NCBI GenBank assembly: GCA_049999805.1
Contig: JBNGIO010005827.1
Location: 1-64,000, forward strand
Length of the DNA: 64,000 nt
Direction: 5' to 3'
Source of the DNA: Folioceros fuciformis
Lineage: Eukaryota
Below, in pieces: positions 38,404-61,537 of this stretch; the stretch's first letter is position 1; each line of letters begins with the position of its first letter. The notes beneath the pieces are model-generated. The model was not told the origin of the DNA. It did no database searches and saw only the letters and a program-made list of their open reading frames with translations. A program made the position numbers and the translations under genes.

Positions 38404-39245
38404 ATGAGCAGCATCGGCACCGGCTACGATTTGTCCGTGACCACGTTCTCGCCGGACGGGCGCGTTTTCCAGATCGAGTATGCAACCAAGGCTGTGGACA
38501 ACAGTGGTACGATGGCGGTCTAGCTGATTGAGGTTTGTGTGGCTTGTTCCGGGTGAGGCGTAGTTAGGGTTTGATGCTGCGTGCTTTTGATGCAGGAACC
38601 GTGATTGGCATCAGGTGTAAGGATGGGGTGGTACTGGGAGTGGAGAAGCTTATTGCTTCAAAGATGCTGCTGGAAGGGAGCAATCGGAGGATCCACTCAG
38701 TGGACCGGCATGCGGGGATGGCCATGGCAGGGTTGGCAGCCGACGGGAGGCAGATAGTGAGCCAAGCTCGAAGCTCAGCGTTGGAATATCGTAACTTTTA
38801 CGGGGAAGATATACCCGTGAAGGAGTTGTGTAACAGGGTGGCCAGCTATGTGCACCTGTGTACTCTCTACTGGTGGCTCAGACCGTTCGGCTCGTCAGCG
38901 ATTTTGGGAGGGTTCGACAGGGAGGGTCCGCAACTATACATGATCGAGCCTTCTGGGGTTGCTTACCGCTATTTCGGAGCTGCAATTGGCAAGGGCCGTC
39001 AGGCTGCTAAGACAGAGATCGAGAAATTGAAGCTCTCGGACATGACGTGCCGGGAGGGCGTAGTTGCAGTAGCCAAGATAATATATGGCGTGCACGACGA
39101 GGTAAAGGACAAGTCTTTCGAACTGGAAATGAGCTGGATTTGCGAAGAGTCTAAGAGGGAACACGAGCGTGTGCCTGCTGGTCTGCTAGCGGAAGCGGTC
39201 AGTGCTGCTAAGGCCGCACAAGAGGAGGATATGGATGCTGACTAA
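38404..39245 (+). CDS. PAG1: 20S proteasome subunit alpha-7 (alpha type-3); single intron 38507-38595
   Basis: [55 protein letters not shown]; ends EEDMDAD*. Confidence 0.97.
38564..38572 (-). promoter_or_regulatory. Telo-box (AAACCCTAA) in the first intron of PAG1
   Basis: TTAGGGTTT on the + strand. The motif is common near the 5' ends of plant housekeeping genes. Confidence 0.4.
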
Positions 39246-39844
39246 GGATTCAGCGGAGAGCTAGGCCATTCCTGAGTTGGACAGCTTTCATTGCGTCCTT
39301 GTTTCTTTGAACTCACGGCATTTTGTGCAGGCCCTGTAGAATCGCGGCTCCTTCCATTCATTTCTCATCGTCCTTTGAGCTTATTCCAGGATTGGGAGCC
39401 CTCTTTGTGCCAGTGCTTTATCAATCCCGTGTCGAGAGAGTGTTCGAAGCTGTAAGAGTGGCAAGAGGAATATGCCGACATGTGCATGTGATCCCGTCGG
39501 AAGCTTCGTCTTGGAGCTGTACCATCAGCTTTATCGCCTCTAGAGCCAAGTCCTTTATGTTTTGCCGTATGTACACTTCTGTAACACGGGAAGCAAGTAT
39601 AAAATTGATGGTTGACGCCTTTCAAGGCCAGTTACAGCAGCACAAAGCTGGCGCGGACGTACATACTTCGAATAAACCAAAACCAGACGCCTCAATTCCA
39701 AAGGGGAACAGAGCGAGACAGAAGTTTCTACTTGGCCTCTCCAAGTTGCACATCTTTCAAGTAACTTATTCCACTATGACAAAGAATGCGATTTTGATTT
39801 TCTACTTTGTACAAGACAGCGAACTGGAGGGACTGCCTGCATTA

Positions 39845-49877
<10,033 letters not shown>

Positions 49878-51114
49878 CCCCTGGTGAAGCTGATTTCCTT
49901 GACCAAGGAGGTCAACGCACAGACCCACCCACGGCGTTCGGAGATCCCCGGCCTAAGAGAGCTGACCAGTGAGAGCCTGCAGAAATAGAGAGAACGGTCA
50001 GCTGACTCCAGACGCGAGCAACAACAACACTGGCCCACGAAGCTGATACCTGCCCGGACTAACGAAAGTGTGAAGGTGATCGGAAGTTTTTCCTCACCTC
50101 CAGTTTCACAACCGCCTCCATCGCGAAATGGCATGTCACTTCATCGTAAGAGTCGATCTGCTCACCTACAACATAAACCAGCCCTAAACGATGATGATCT
50201 AAACCGACTCTACTCTGACATTCAGCTAACATCGAGAGCACAAATGAACGTCCGACCCAGCTTCGCAGCCACATGTCATCTCCAACCGCACATCCTTCCC
50301 TCACCCTTCTTCTCCGTCCCCATAATCTAGTATGGGCCCAGCACACTACCATGCCCGACCTACTTGATTGCAGACCGCAAATCTCAAATGTCACAATGAT
50401 CAACCAGCCACAGGCAGGGGTAGATGCAAAACTTCAGTACTCCAGCAGAAGCATTCGATTTCGAACAGTCCAGATCTATGGAAAGCTCACCTGCTGTGGC
50501 CAACTTGTGCTCCACAAATAAAGATGTCACCGGCCAGCAAATCTAACAACACCACAAGGAGCAAAAACATGGACAGAGGCGTGTCAGAGGAGAGGAAACA
50601 GGAGAAACGGGACGGCAGAGTCCCGAGGTTGATGTAGCACGCCGCTGAAATACCAGAGCATGTAGAGCGAAAGGCATGACTTTCGTTGGAATTTGGTGAG
50701 CCGGATATTTCCGAACCGTTTCACACACATATATACCTATGATTTTGCCAAATACGGATTTGTCAAATAGATTGGTGATGTTCAGCGCAGCGCACAAAGG
50801 TGCATACATAGAATCTCAAGCCATATCGAAATCGCCTGAATATTTATGTTTCAAGAGAAATTTTTAGACTTTATTATTAAAAATAGAAATCCATCTACCC
50901 CTAAAAAGAGAAGCAACACCCATAGTGGACACCTAATCAAGGGGACTAGCCCTAAAATTACGCCTCTCAAAATTGCCTATTGTCAAAGGACTCCACGATG
51001 GCTGTGGCGGATGAGAACACGATCCACTATTTAGGGTGAGGCAGAAGTGTCTTAATGGACCTTTGTGACGAGACTAATGAAAACCTCCCTTGCATGCAGA
51101 GAAATATCTAGTAG

Positions 51115-51214
51115 CACTTGAATCCCATCACCTAAGGCTTACCAATTGAATCCCATCACCTAAGGCTTACCACTTGAATCCCATCACCTAAGGCTTACCA
51201 CTGAATCCCATCAC
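51115..51214. repeat. 28-bp tandem repeat, about 3.6 copies
   Basis: Unit CACTTGAATCCCATCACCTAAGGCTTAC repeated head-to-tail with no spacers. Confidence 0.95.
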
Positions 51215-52900
51215 TGGCGGTGGTTCCGGCTCACTGTGGCAGGGTGAGCCATCAAGGCAACATCTCAGAAGATCTGGTGGCAGGATTTTCCGAGAGTCTA
51301 ACAATAATGTGCTAGGTGTCAGTATGAATTTAGATAGGTGAGGGCATCTTGCATGGTGCTGTGAATGACAGCAGCTAGTTGTAAACGTAGCTGGAAGGAC
51401 GTCGAGTGCCGTTGGTAGTGGAGGCCTCCGTCCATAAAACGTCCTTAGCTCTAGTTAGACATAGCCACTTCTCCCAGCTCTTGGTCACGGAGGAGTCCTC
51501 TCGCTCAAGGGGAGCGGAGGACCTCGTTGGCTGGCATGTGTGCCACCATCTCGAAGGAGGTGGTCAGGAGGGGGGTTGTGGTCAAGTTTTCTAGCAGTTG
51601 GCCTAGTGCCCTGCAAGTTCTCGCCCCTCCCTAAGGTCGGTGGTGGGTGTGGTTGCTGTTAGTCGAAGTAGTAAAGCCTTGGGAAGGAGTCCCTAGAGAT
51701 ACCTGCTAACCAACACCGGGGGCCACGACACGGCAGGCTGGAGAAACGAACTAGTCTGTTGGTCACTTGTGGCTAACGTAGAAGCTAGAGGAGCACGTAG
51801 TGGATGAAGACTCTTCTCTTCTTTCAACGTCCAGTGGTTTCTAGCCACCTACTCTAAAAACGTGTGTATTGAGAGCGACTTATAGTTGGTGTGGTAGAAC
51901 AGGTAAGTAGATAGTTGCTTCTAGCATGACACCGGACTCATTGGGACGGACTCCATGAATACTACTACAACAACCGCTGATGATGTAGCCTCGACAGTCG
52001 GATTGACAGCCCCACATGGTACCTAGTACTTGGGTGGTCCTTAGTTCTCCTTTTTTCCTTGTCTCCTCCCCCCCCCCCTTCCACCTTCTTCTCCACCTTC
52101 ATTCCTACCCCCATCCTTACCCCCTTCTTCTCCTATGTTGCTTCTACTTCCACCATGTTTCCTCTTTGTCCCTCACCCCTTCTCCTTAGTCTCTACCCTA
52201 AGTACTAGTCGTACAAAACCCTTGCTCTACACAAACATCATACGCCTTTTGTCAGAGTGCATTGCGGCAGAGCCCTGAGAGCAATTGACCTCCCTCTCCC
52301 CCACAAATCTACACACCTTCCACCTACGAACATCAACTACCATTGCCCACAAACGCATGTCTAGCACAAGAGGCAACAATGATTTTGCTCCCATGCATCC
52401 CACGTCTTGTGCTTGTGCTCCTAGCCAGACTCCTCTTCATCATCCTTCCACCCACGTGTGGGATCATCTGTTAAGGCCCAATGCCGATTTCCGGCGAGAG
52501 GATCAGGGTGTAGTAAGCATTGCATGACTTGCCCGGGCCACACAAAAGGCCCATCCTTGCTATCAACCCTATAAGCACATCGCCGTCCAAGGTTGACCAA
52601 GTCAAACCCACAAAATGTGGTCCGTAGGAAGGGAGGTTGGGCATCTATGTCACTCTCATACAACCTCACCTTCAACATGAGTGGTCTGATGTCCTCAGAG
52701 ATGAAGAGACGCAATATTTTTTTCAACATGATCGTAGAAAGTTCACGCATGTGGTCCCTCACCTAGCAGGCTAACCAAGAACATTGCAAACAGCACTATC
52801 TTGGGTTGTTGTTCGATGGTAGTTTGCCACCATGGTTCGAAGGTGACTACCTTTGCTAAGCATGTGCCAGTAAGCTATTGATGTGGAATGTGGGCCTGCC

Positions 52901-55900
52901 TGTGGAAGTTAATTAGGTTTAATTAACTTAAATAGGCAGGCTTTAGATTAATTATTAATTAGGCACCCGAATCGTTAAATGATATGAAGCGCCACCACGT
53001 TTCATATGGTCGTGACTCTAGACTAACCGTCACATTCCTCGCTTCGTGAACAGGCATAAGCACGCCTTCAGAGGCCAAGGTCTCGGCCAATAAATTATCC
53101 TTCCTTTTTCATGTTCTGATCTCTCTCTCTCGATCCATCGACTATCTTTATGGTATCAGAGCCATGCTCGGTTTTTTATAGAGTCCATCCGCCCTCTATC
53201 GAGGAGCAGCTTTTCTGTCTCCTGGACAGGAAGCAGATGGACTGTTTTCAACACCCTGTACAATAATCAATCAGATTAGAACCAAATGGATCCAGCATCC
53301 CCCCCTAGCAATTGCGCTGTCTACAAAAGCACGAAATGTATTAAAAATCTGCCACATGCTCAATTCTGTAGTCTCATCACTGCATTAAAGAAAGCCCTAA
53401 GCAGATTCGGAGAGATGTCAGATGCTTTTCTTGCATATGCCGTTGTGCATTATTACAGCTAGCGTCTTGCATTATGCCGAGGAGGAGAGGTAGAAGGTTG
53501 CCAGAAACTGCTAACCTGTTTGTAGGTGCACCAGGAGAATCGGTTGCATCACAGCATCGTAGATTGAACCTTTTTTTCAGTTCGCACTGTAGAAACCTGT
53601 ATCAGCAGTCATGCGCACCACTCCAGGGTCAGAACTTACAACAAATTAGGCCTGATCTCCTGCACAGTCTACGCGCACTAAGCCGTGACATTGCTCGAGC
53701 ACAATTAGTTTCTTTCCAAGAACAGCAAAAACTTGCACGTAACACTCACCTACTGTGTCGCAATTGCGTAGCCAAGCAATCTACCATTCCATCCTCTACT
53801 GACCAGCTTCTTGCAAAGGTTCATGACCAAGTCATGCTGCAATCCCAACGCATAAAAGAAACCAACATCAAATTAGACGCACTGTTTGCACAAGGTCAGT
53901 TGAACTCGCTGGCTGTACCTGCACACCCAAGAACCAACACGCAATGTGAGAGCACCGTTTTTGGAGCATCAGCACCTGTGCAATCAAGAAACATGAAAGC
54001 CGCGGAGATTGAGTGCAAGGATCCGGAGGCGTGCGCCGCAAGGGCTGCTCGACCTTTTTTTTTTTAAAAAAACAATGGCTGTACATGTCACAAGGCGGGA
54101 GAGGCAATCGCAGCCGTCGCACACCAAACCATGGTGCCGAATCAAGTCAAGGGTGAAGCAATACAAGTGAAGAATCAGGGTTTTATCCCCTACCGGAAGA
54201 TCCCTCTTCATTGTTTCAAACACCTGACCAGACAGCCTCTCCACAGTCCAGTACATCTCCCCCTCCCTCTTACCTTGTACATTTAGCACAGCTAGCACAC
54301 GCTGCACAGAGTGCACAGTCAACAAGCAACGAGCGAATAGCTCAAGCCACAAGGGCTGCACTAGCCGCGCACGTAGTGAACACCATGGCTAAGCAACCTG
54401 TCACAAATAACACAACCATCAATAATTTGAAAATAGATTTTAAGGAAAAAGATAGGTTCAACGGATCCCAATTTGACATTTGGGCTCTCCGGGTCCAAAC
54501 AATCCTAAAAGAAAATGACCTGTGGGATGTGGTTACTGGCACCACTCCCAAACCAGCTGCCACAGCTCCTCGGGCAAAACGAGATGCATGGGCGAAAATG
54601 GATCTCCGAGCTTTGGCAGTTATCCAGTCTGCACTGGATGGTTTAATGATGCATCACACTCACGATGCTCAATCCACGAAGGATGTTTGGGACTCCTTGT
54701 CCCAAATCTACAGAGTATCAAATGGTTCGTCCGTGGTTAGTGCTACTCGAGCTTTTTACAATTGCAAGATGAAAGAACATGAATCTGTGGAGCAACATGT
54801 TCAAAAGTTTCGAATGCTACATTCGAAGCTTACCTCCAGCGGCACAAGGACTACTGAGATGCAGGCAGCAATCGCACTCTTGCTGTCCCTACCTGAGAGC
54901 TACAGGACGTTCGTTAGTAATCACAGCTCAAACTTGAGGAATGTGGCGCAAGCCACACCAGCAGGCCAAGTACCTGCAGTAAAATTATCAGACCTTATTG
55001 GAGCACTTCTCGAGGAGGAGTCCACAAGGCATGCCAGCAGGGGCATTTCATCCTCCAGAGGAGAGTCGTCGAACAAAGCCCTCTTTTCAAATAGAGGTCC
55101 AAAATGGCAGCAACCTTGCCAGTCATGGCAACCACAGAGCGGTGGTACACATGCAAGCAACAAGCAACGTCCTGCCTCATCTCCAGCGAAGAAAAAGGGC
55201 CAGTGCAACTGGTGCCTTATACCTGGCCACTGGGAGTCCGAATGCCGAAAAAAAGAAAGCAGGAGAGCCACAGCGTACAGCTCCCCCTGAAACCAATGTG
55301 GTACAGAAACAACCCAACACCCTGTTAGCTGTGTACATGGTCTCTACCCCTCTGTACAAGCAGGCATGGTATCTGGACTCTGGCGCATCCTCGCATATCT
55401 GTCACACTCTCTCTGCCTTCTCTGAGTATAGGAAGGTCCTAGAGGGTAGGTCGTGTTACTAGGGGATGACAGAGGTCTGCCTCTCAAAGGTATTGGAAAC
55501 GTTCTAGTGGTCCTTAGCAATGGCAGCACCCTGGATCTTCTCGATGTCCTGCATGTGCCAGCAATGGTAAAGAACTTGGTCTTAGTCTACCTTTTAGACT
55601 CCCAGCACCAATTAAAAATCATCTTTACCAAAGGACAATGCAATATTGTCGATTCACATTCACAAAATTCAGTGGTAGCAGTAGGCACACCTATCCACAA
55701 CCTGTACTAGCTGGATATCTCTTACAAGCTTGGCAAGCCCTCTGTCAACTTGACTCAAGAGCAACAGGCAGAACGGGACACCATGCTCTGGCACTGCCGC
55801 CTAGGGCATGTCAACTTTGACAAACTCAAAACCATGGTGGCCAGCAATACCTTGTATCGTGAGAAGTTCATGATCAAATTTGCCGAGAAGCAATTCTGTG

Positions 55901-58900
55901 AAGCTTGCGTTTTTGGCAAGCACCATCGAGCTCCCTATAAGGACAAACATCCAACCCGAGACAACAAGCTTCTGGAGTTAGTGCACTCAGACCTCTGTGG
56001 CCCGATGTCTACAGCTTCTTTTGGAGGTGCACGATATATACTGCCATTCATCGATGACTGGAGCAGGTACATCGTAGTTTACCTGATACGGGAGAAGAGT
56101 CAAACCTCTGACTGTTTTCAAGGATACGTTGCATTTGCCCAACGCCAAACCGGTGAGCTGATCAAGACCTTGCGAAGTGATAATGGTGGAGAATACTGCT
56201 CCAATGCCTTCAAAGAATTCTGCCAGAACAGGGCATTGCTAGGCAGTATACTACTCTCCACACCTCTGCACAAAATTCAGTCGCTGAGGTGAGTAACAGA
56301 CACATCCAGGAACAAGCAAAAGCCATGATGCATCAAGCACGCTTGTCAAAAGGATACTGGGGAGAGGCAGTTGCAAGTGCTGCTTACATCCGTAACAGGC
56401 TCCCCACCAGTGTGTTTCTTGGAGCAACCCCATATGATCGATGGACCAATTCCAAGCCTCGTATCAACCATCTTCGGCTATTCGGCTCACTTGCGTATGC
56501 TCATTTATCTGAAGACCAGAGGGTAAAAATGGACTACAAGGCTCGGAAGTACGTGTTTGTCGGATATAATGAGGGCATAAAAGGATATAAGTTACTTGAT
56601 CCTGACACAAGGACCACGACACACTCTAGGAGTGTTGTTTTCAACGAGCTTTTCCTGCTCACTGCCCAAAGCCAGCAGCCAGCTATAGCCGACCAGGCTT
56701 CGTCCTGCTCCTAATACGACGATGGTGATGACACGTCAACCTCAGTCTAGTTGCACAGCTCCTCACACACAGATCCCTTTGCTGTTCAGGCACCTGTCGA
56801 CATTTCAGTTAGCATCTTCCCAGATGATGAAACTGCAGACAGTGATGAGCACGAGGATGAGGGTGCACATGAGGATGCAATAGCTGAAAGCCAGCTGGAC
56901 ATACCTGAGCCAAGCATACCTGAAACTGCTGCAGCCCCTGAATCTGTTGTGCAGCCTCGGCGTGGAATAGACCTTGGCACACGTAGACACACTTCTTCGC
57001 CCTCTGAGTGGACTAATCCCCCACTAACCTACAACACCTTTCTGGTGCAAGAAGACTCCAGTCTAGACAGCTTAGGGGAACCACTGTCCTACAAAGAAGC
57101 CATCTCTGGCCCAGAAGCTGCTAAGTGGGAGGAGGCTATTGCATCAGAATATTAGTCCCTAATTGATAACGGTACGTGGGAGTTAGCTGACCTACCACCT
57201 GGCAGGAAACCTGTTACCTGCAAATGGGTATTTAAAAAGAAGTTGGCAGCAGATGGCAGTGTTGCACGCTGTAAGGCACGACTTGTTGCCAAAGGTTTCA
57301 GTCAGGTCAAAGGCCTGGATTACACAGAAACTTTCTCTCCGATTGTAAGGGCCACATCCATTCGGGCACTATTTGCCCTGGCAGCACAGTATGACTATGT
57401 CATGGAGCACATGGACGTCAAAACTGCTTTCCTCAACGGAACCCTGGATGAAACCATACACATGTGTCAGCCTGAGGGGTTCATAGACAAAACATACACT
57501 AATAAAGCATGTAGGCTGATTAAGACAATATATGGGTTGAAATAATCTCCCTGTGCCTGGTACTACCGAATAGACACTTACTTGAAGAAGTCTGGATTTC
57601 TGCAAAGTGAGGCAGATACAAATGTATACAAACTGGTGGAGCGAGATGGCATAGTATTTTTAGCATCGTATGTCGACGACGCAGTGCTCATCTCCAGCAA
57701 TCCCAAGCTCACAGCCAAGGTTAAGTCCATCCTTACCTCAGAGTGTTCGATGTCAGACTTAGGCAAATTAACTTGGTTCCTAGGCGTCGAAATCCAACAG
57801 AACCTGGCAACACACACAGTGTTCATTCACCAGGCACAATACGTTAGTCGGGTCCTGGCCAGGTTCAGGATGTCAAAATGCAAACCAGCCTCAACTCCTA
57901 TGGCTGTTGGAGAAAAATTGAGTATGGATCAGTCTCCCAAAACCGAACTGGAATGGCAACAGATGGAGAAGGTACCCTACCGTTCAGCAATGTGCTCCTT
58001 GATTTATTGCAGAAATTGGACTTGTCCAGATTTGTCCTATGCAGTGGAAGCTACTGCCCAGTTCCTGACTTGCTATGGACCTGCGCATTGGACATGCGTG
58101 CAACGAATCATGAGGTACCTAAAGGGAACGTCCAAACTTGGACTGCTGTACAAACAACATCCTAAAAATCTGCTACTTACATGCTTCTGCGACGCCGACT
58201 GGGCCACTGATGCTGACACCCGCAAATCAATCTCTGCCAACTGCCTCCTCCTTGGAACAAGTGAGTATGATGCCACAGTTATCTCGTGGTACAGCAAAAA
58301 GCAGCAGGTCGTTGCCCTGTCATCCACCGAAGCGGAGTATGCTGCAACAGCCACAGCAGCTCAGGACATCGTGTACACGAGAGAACTGCTAACTTCACGT
58401 GGTGAAAGTCAAACCGCACCTACCCTTCTCTTGTGTGACAACCAATCGGCAATAGCCCTGGCTCAGAACCCGGTGATGCATGCCAGGACTAAGCATGTTG
58501 AGATTAAACATCATTTTATTCGTCAGGTCATTAGCAATGGGCAAGCTAGCCTGCAGTATGTTCCTACCAACAGCAACGTGTCGGACATCCTAACAAAAGC
58601 TCTAGCCAAAGACAGGCATGACAGGTTTTGTAAGGCTATGGGCATGTCCGAGGGTGTCTAAGTCTGCACAAACTCCCACGTCAGCACAGTGCTTGCATAA
58701 AGATTCATGCAGGTCTTCAGACTTCAAGACTTCAGCTGTTCTTGAACTTGCGAGTTGGCATTACCGTGGAGCATGTGTGCCAAGGTTCTGTACAGGGAGC
58801 ACGAGTGTCAGCTGCAGAAAGGACTGTCAAAGAACACCAGCAGTGGGAGCCAGATCCCAGTTGGAGACTCACCATAGCGGATGATAAGACTAAAGCATGA

Positions 58901-59188
58901 AACTGAGAAGTAATCCAAGCTCTGCTTAAGTGGGAGTGTGGAAGTTAATTAGGTTTAATTAACTTAAATAGGCAGGTTTTAGATTAATTATTAATTAGGC
59001 ACCCGAATCGTTAAATGATATGAAGTGCCACCACGTTTCATACGGTTGTGACTCTAGACTAACCGTCACATTCCTCGCTTTGTGAACAGGCACGAGCACG
59101 CCTTAAGAGGCCAAGGTCACGGCCAATAAATTATCCTTCCTTTTTCGTGTTCTAATCTCTCTCTCTCTCGATCCTTCGACTATCTTTA
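52901..59188 (+). mobile_element. Full-length, non-functional Ty1/Copia LTR retrotransposon
   Basis: LTRs 52901-53150 and 58937-59188; PBS TGGTATCAGAGCCA (initiator tRNA-Met) 53151-53164; PPT 58928-58936; TSD CTGCC/CGGCC; domain order gag-protease-integrase-RT-RNase H. Confidence 0.97.
54385..58661 (+). pseudogene. Copia gag-pol with frameshifts and premature stops
   Basis: FNGSQFDIW, zinc knuckle CNWC..GHWESEC, WYLDSGAS, LWHCRLGH, VHSDLCGP/RSDNGGEY, MDVKTAFLNG, YVDD, CDADWA, RTKHVEIKHHF. Stops at e.g. 55708, 56712, 57153 and 57543. Confidence 0.95.
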
Positions 59189-60239
59189 CGGCCATAATGG
59201 CTTCAACATCAGTGAACATCATTGGATATGCATCCCATTCTCCTGCTCCACGCCTTCCATGCACCCAATCACGAAAGTTGGGTGGTTGAATCCTAGCCCT
59301 CACATGACAGATGTCCGCCTCGTACATTTGTAGGAACGGCTGCATAACGTCGATATTGGACAACACATAGTTGGGTATTTACACACGTTCTGTATCGGTG
59401 AGTGTGCAGGTCATGCCTATGCCTTTGGACTCTTCGTGGACTTGTTGTCTTGCATTGTCCCACACATGGCATGTGTTCGCATAATTGTGTCGAAGGAAAG
59501 CCTTCGCAAATTTTATGCACTCGGCTTGCATGTACGCTTTAGCCATGCTGCCCTCCGGCTTCGCCCATTGCCAAATGGTTTGCTTTAGCCTGCCCAAAAA
59601 TCGTTTGACCGGGTACATCCACATACAGTGAAGATGTCCGAGTGCTGCAACCTTTTCAACCAAGTGTATCACCAAGTGGGTTGAAATGTCCAATAGCTTG
59701 GGCGGGAATTGTTCCTCTATGATACACATAACTCTAACGCATTCCACTCACAAGGCATCAATTTCAACGACGGGAATCTTGCGTTGGTATACCCACCTAT
59801 ACATGCGAGTCAATCCAACGATTGCCTTATACACTTCCGGATGAATGCGATCTCGAAGGACAATTGGGAAGCGAACCTGCATCAAGATGTGCCAATCGTG
59901 GCTCTTTAATGAGACAAACTTCCCCTTTGACAACTTGGAAGCTATGTTAGATGCAAACTTGTGGGCAGCCGTATGCTCTGCATCTTGCCCACTACTACAA
60001 GATCGAAGTCCGGGCAAGAGAGCACATATTGCGCAAGAGGATATACTTCTTTTTCATGGTCTTGCCACAACCACGGCTTCCCACCATGGTTTTCCATGTC
60101 CACCCGCGTTGCGAAGTCATCTCGCTCCTCGGTCAAGGTATACCAGATGGCCTCAACATTATTCCTTTCCAAGTGCATGACATCCTTTAGAGCCCGCATC
60201 AACAAATGTTGCCAATATGGCAAATAGTAAAACCATAAT

Positions 60240-61537
60240 TGTGGAGTGAAATTCTATGTATAGGGACACAATGAGGCTCACATTTACCCACTATGTCGTT
60301 ATAGTCCTAGGATTCGATCCCAAGGGAATGGTTTGCGTTAAGTTGTTCTAAATTTACAACTTCTACACTCTCTACAGTCAATTCCTACGCGGACGTACTC
60401 CACCACCATGCCTTACTTCACCACCATCGTCCTGGCTCCACCACCATAGAGAGTTCCGCCGCCATGGTGGGACCCACACCCTTTGCGCATATGCGAGTCG
60501 CGGCGCCCCGAGGATGTTGAGTTTCTGGCCACGCCTGTGAAGGAGCTATGGCATGTGCAGACTAATTCTCACGCACACCAAGCCACACTCGCATTACTCT
60601 ACAATCAGATCACATTGGTAGGTGCAGATTAAGGCCAACCACACCTCGGTGCTGCACTACATCACTGATTCTCATTGATTTCCCCACTCAATCTATCAGC
60701 AATCTTTCTCAGCACTTCTCAATTTCACCCACACACACTTCTCACACACCAAATCTCCACTCAATCCTCCTCCTTGAGCCACACAGTTTCCTCCTTGAGC
60801 CACACAAACTCCTTCTTGAGCCACACAAACTCCTTCTTGAGCCACATAGACTCCTCCTTGAGCCACACAAACTCCTCACAAAGATTGAGCACAATCTGGT
60901 TAGATAACAAAGTAAGGAAGGGAAAAATCGCAGCCGGTTTGCTCTCAAGAGTTTTGCAAAACACATGCCCCCTCTTGGCTTTCTAGGGGTTTCGTGAAAC
61001 TCGCGTTCCAACCCTGACCTTCTACAGAAATTTCTCTTCCTCATAGGTGTAGAACACCCCTTCCACTAGCCACACCAGTCGCGAAGCTAGTCACACAACT
61101 CTCGACCACCCCAAGGATCTTCTTGGTCCTCTTGTGACGAGGAGACAGTATGCCAAATTAGGCCTCCATCAATTGGATGTCTCTAACCCACAGCACACAA
61201 ATTCAACACATGAAAGTTCACACCTGAAATTATCTGGTGGGAGGAACGTAGCCCTACCCCTTTATACATCTGGCCTTGGAGCACCATTACTGCCACAGCC
61301 TTTCAGAATCTTAAGAAATAATTAAAGGTTCCTAGCACGCTTTTATAGTCAACACTACTTGATTCAGAATTCATGAGTTAATTATCCTATAATAAAAATC
61401 TGACCTAGTGTTTCCTAGACTACCGTACTCGTCTCCGTTGTCGCTATCTCGTCCTTTGCTCTCTTGGAATCCCTTTGGCCCTTCTGCCCCGATGCTAATC
61501 CGAGAAATCTTCCTATAATACCTCCACTTCACTTCCA
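60240..61537 (-). mobile_element. Probable Gypsy-type LTR (3' LTR plus PPT) truncating the CACTA transposase; right boundary approximate
   Basis: Begins TGTGGAGTGA like the solo LTR at 16418 and shares the motif at 60302-60327. A purine tract lies on the minus strand at ~61521-61537. Confidence 0.55.
60768..60876. repeat. 21-bp tandem repeat, about 5 copies
   Basis: Unit tcct(c/t)cttgagccacacaaac. Confidence 0.92.

Larger units (their letters stand above)
52421..60239 (-). mobile_element. Degenerate CACTA (En/Spm) transposase in two parts (52421-52900 and 59189-60239), split by a Copia element
   Basis: LPYW...DVMHLERN, LKSHDWHILMQ, FPPKLLDISTHLVIHL...WMYPVKRF...KPEGSMAKAY (DUF4218-like). 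The frame continues across the Copia site as AIMAGPHS, followed by a DUF4216-like GPFVWPGQV. Confidence 0.85.

Noticed and set aside
51115..51214. 28-bp repeats as a CRISPR array
   Set aside because: The units are contiguous with no spacers, there are no cas genes, and the context is eukaryotic.
50850..52300. CACTA terminus or second ORF
   Set aside because: Looks TE-derived, but no CACTA terminal repeat, TSD or identifiable protein motif could be fixed.
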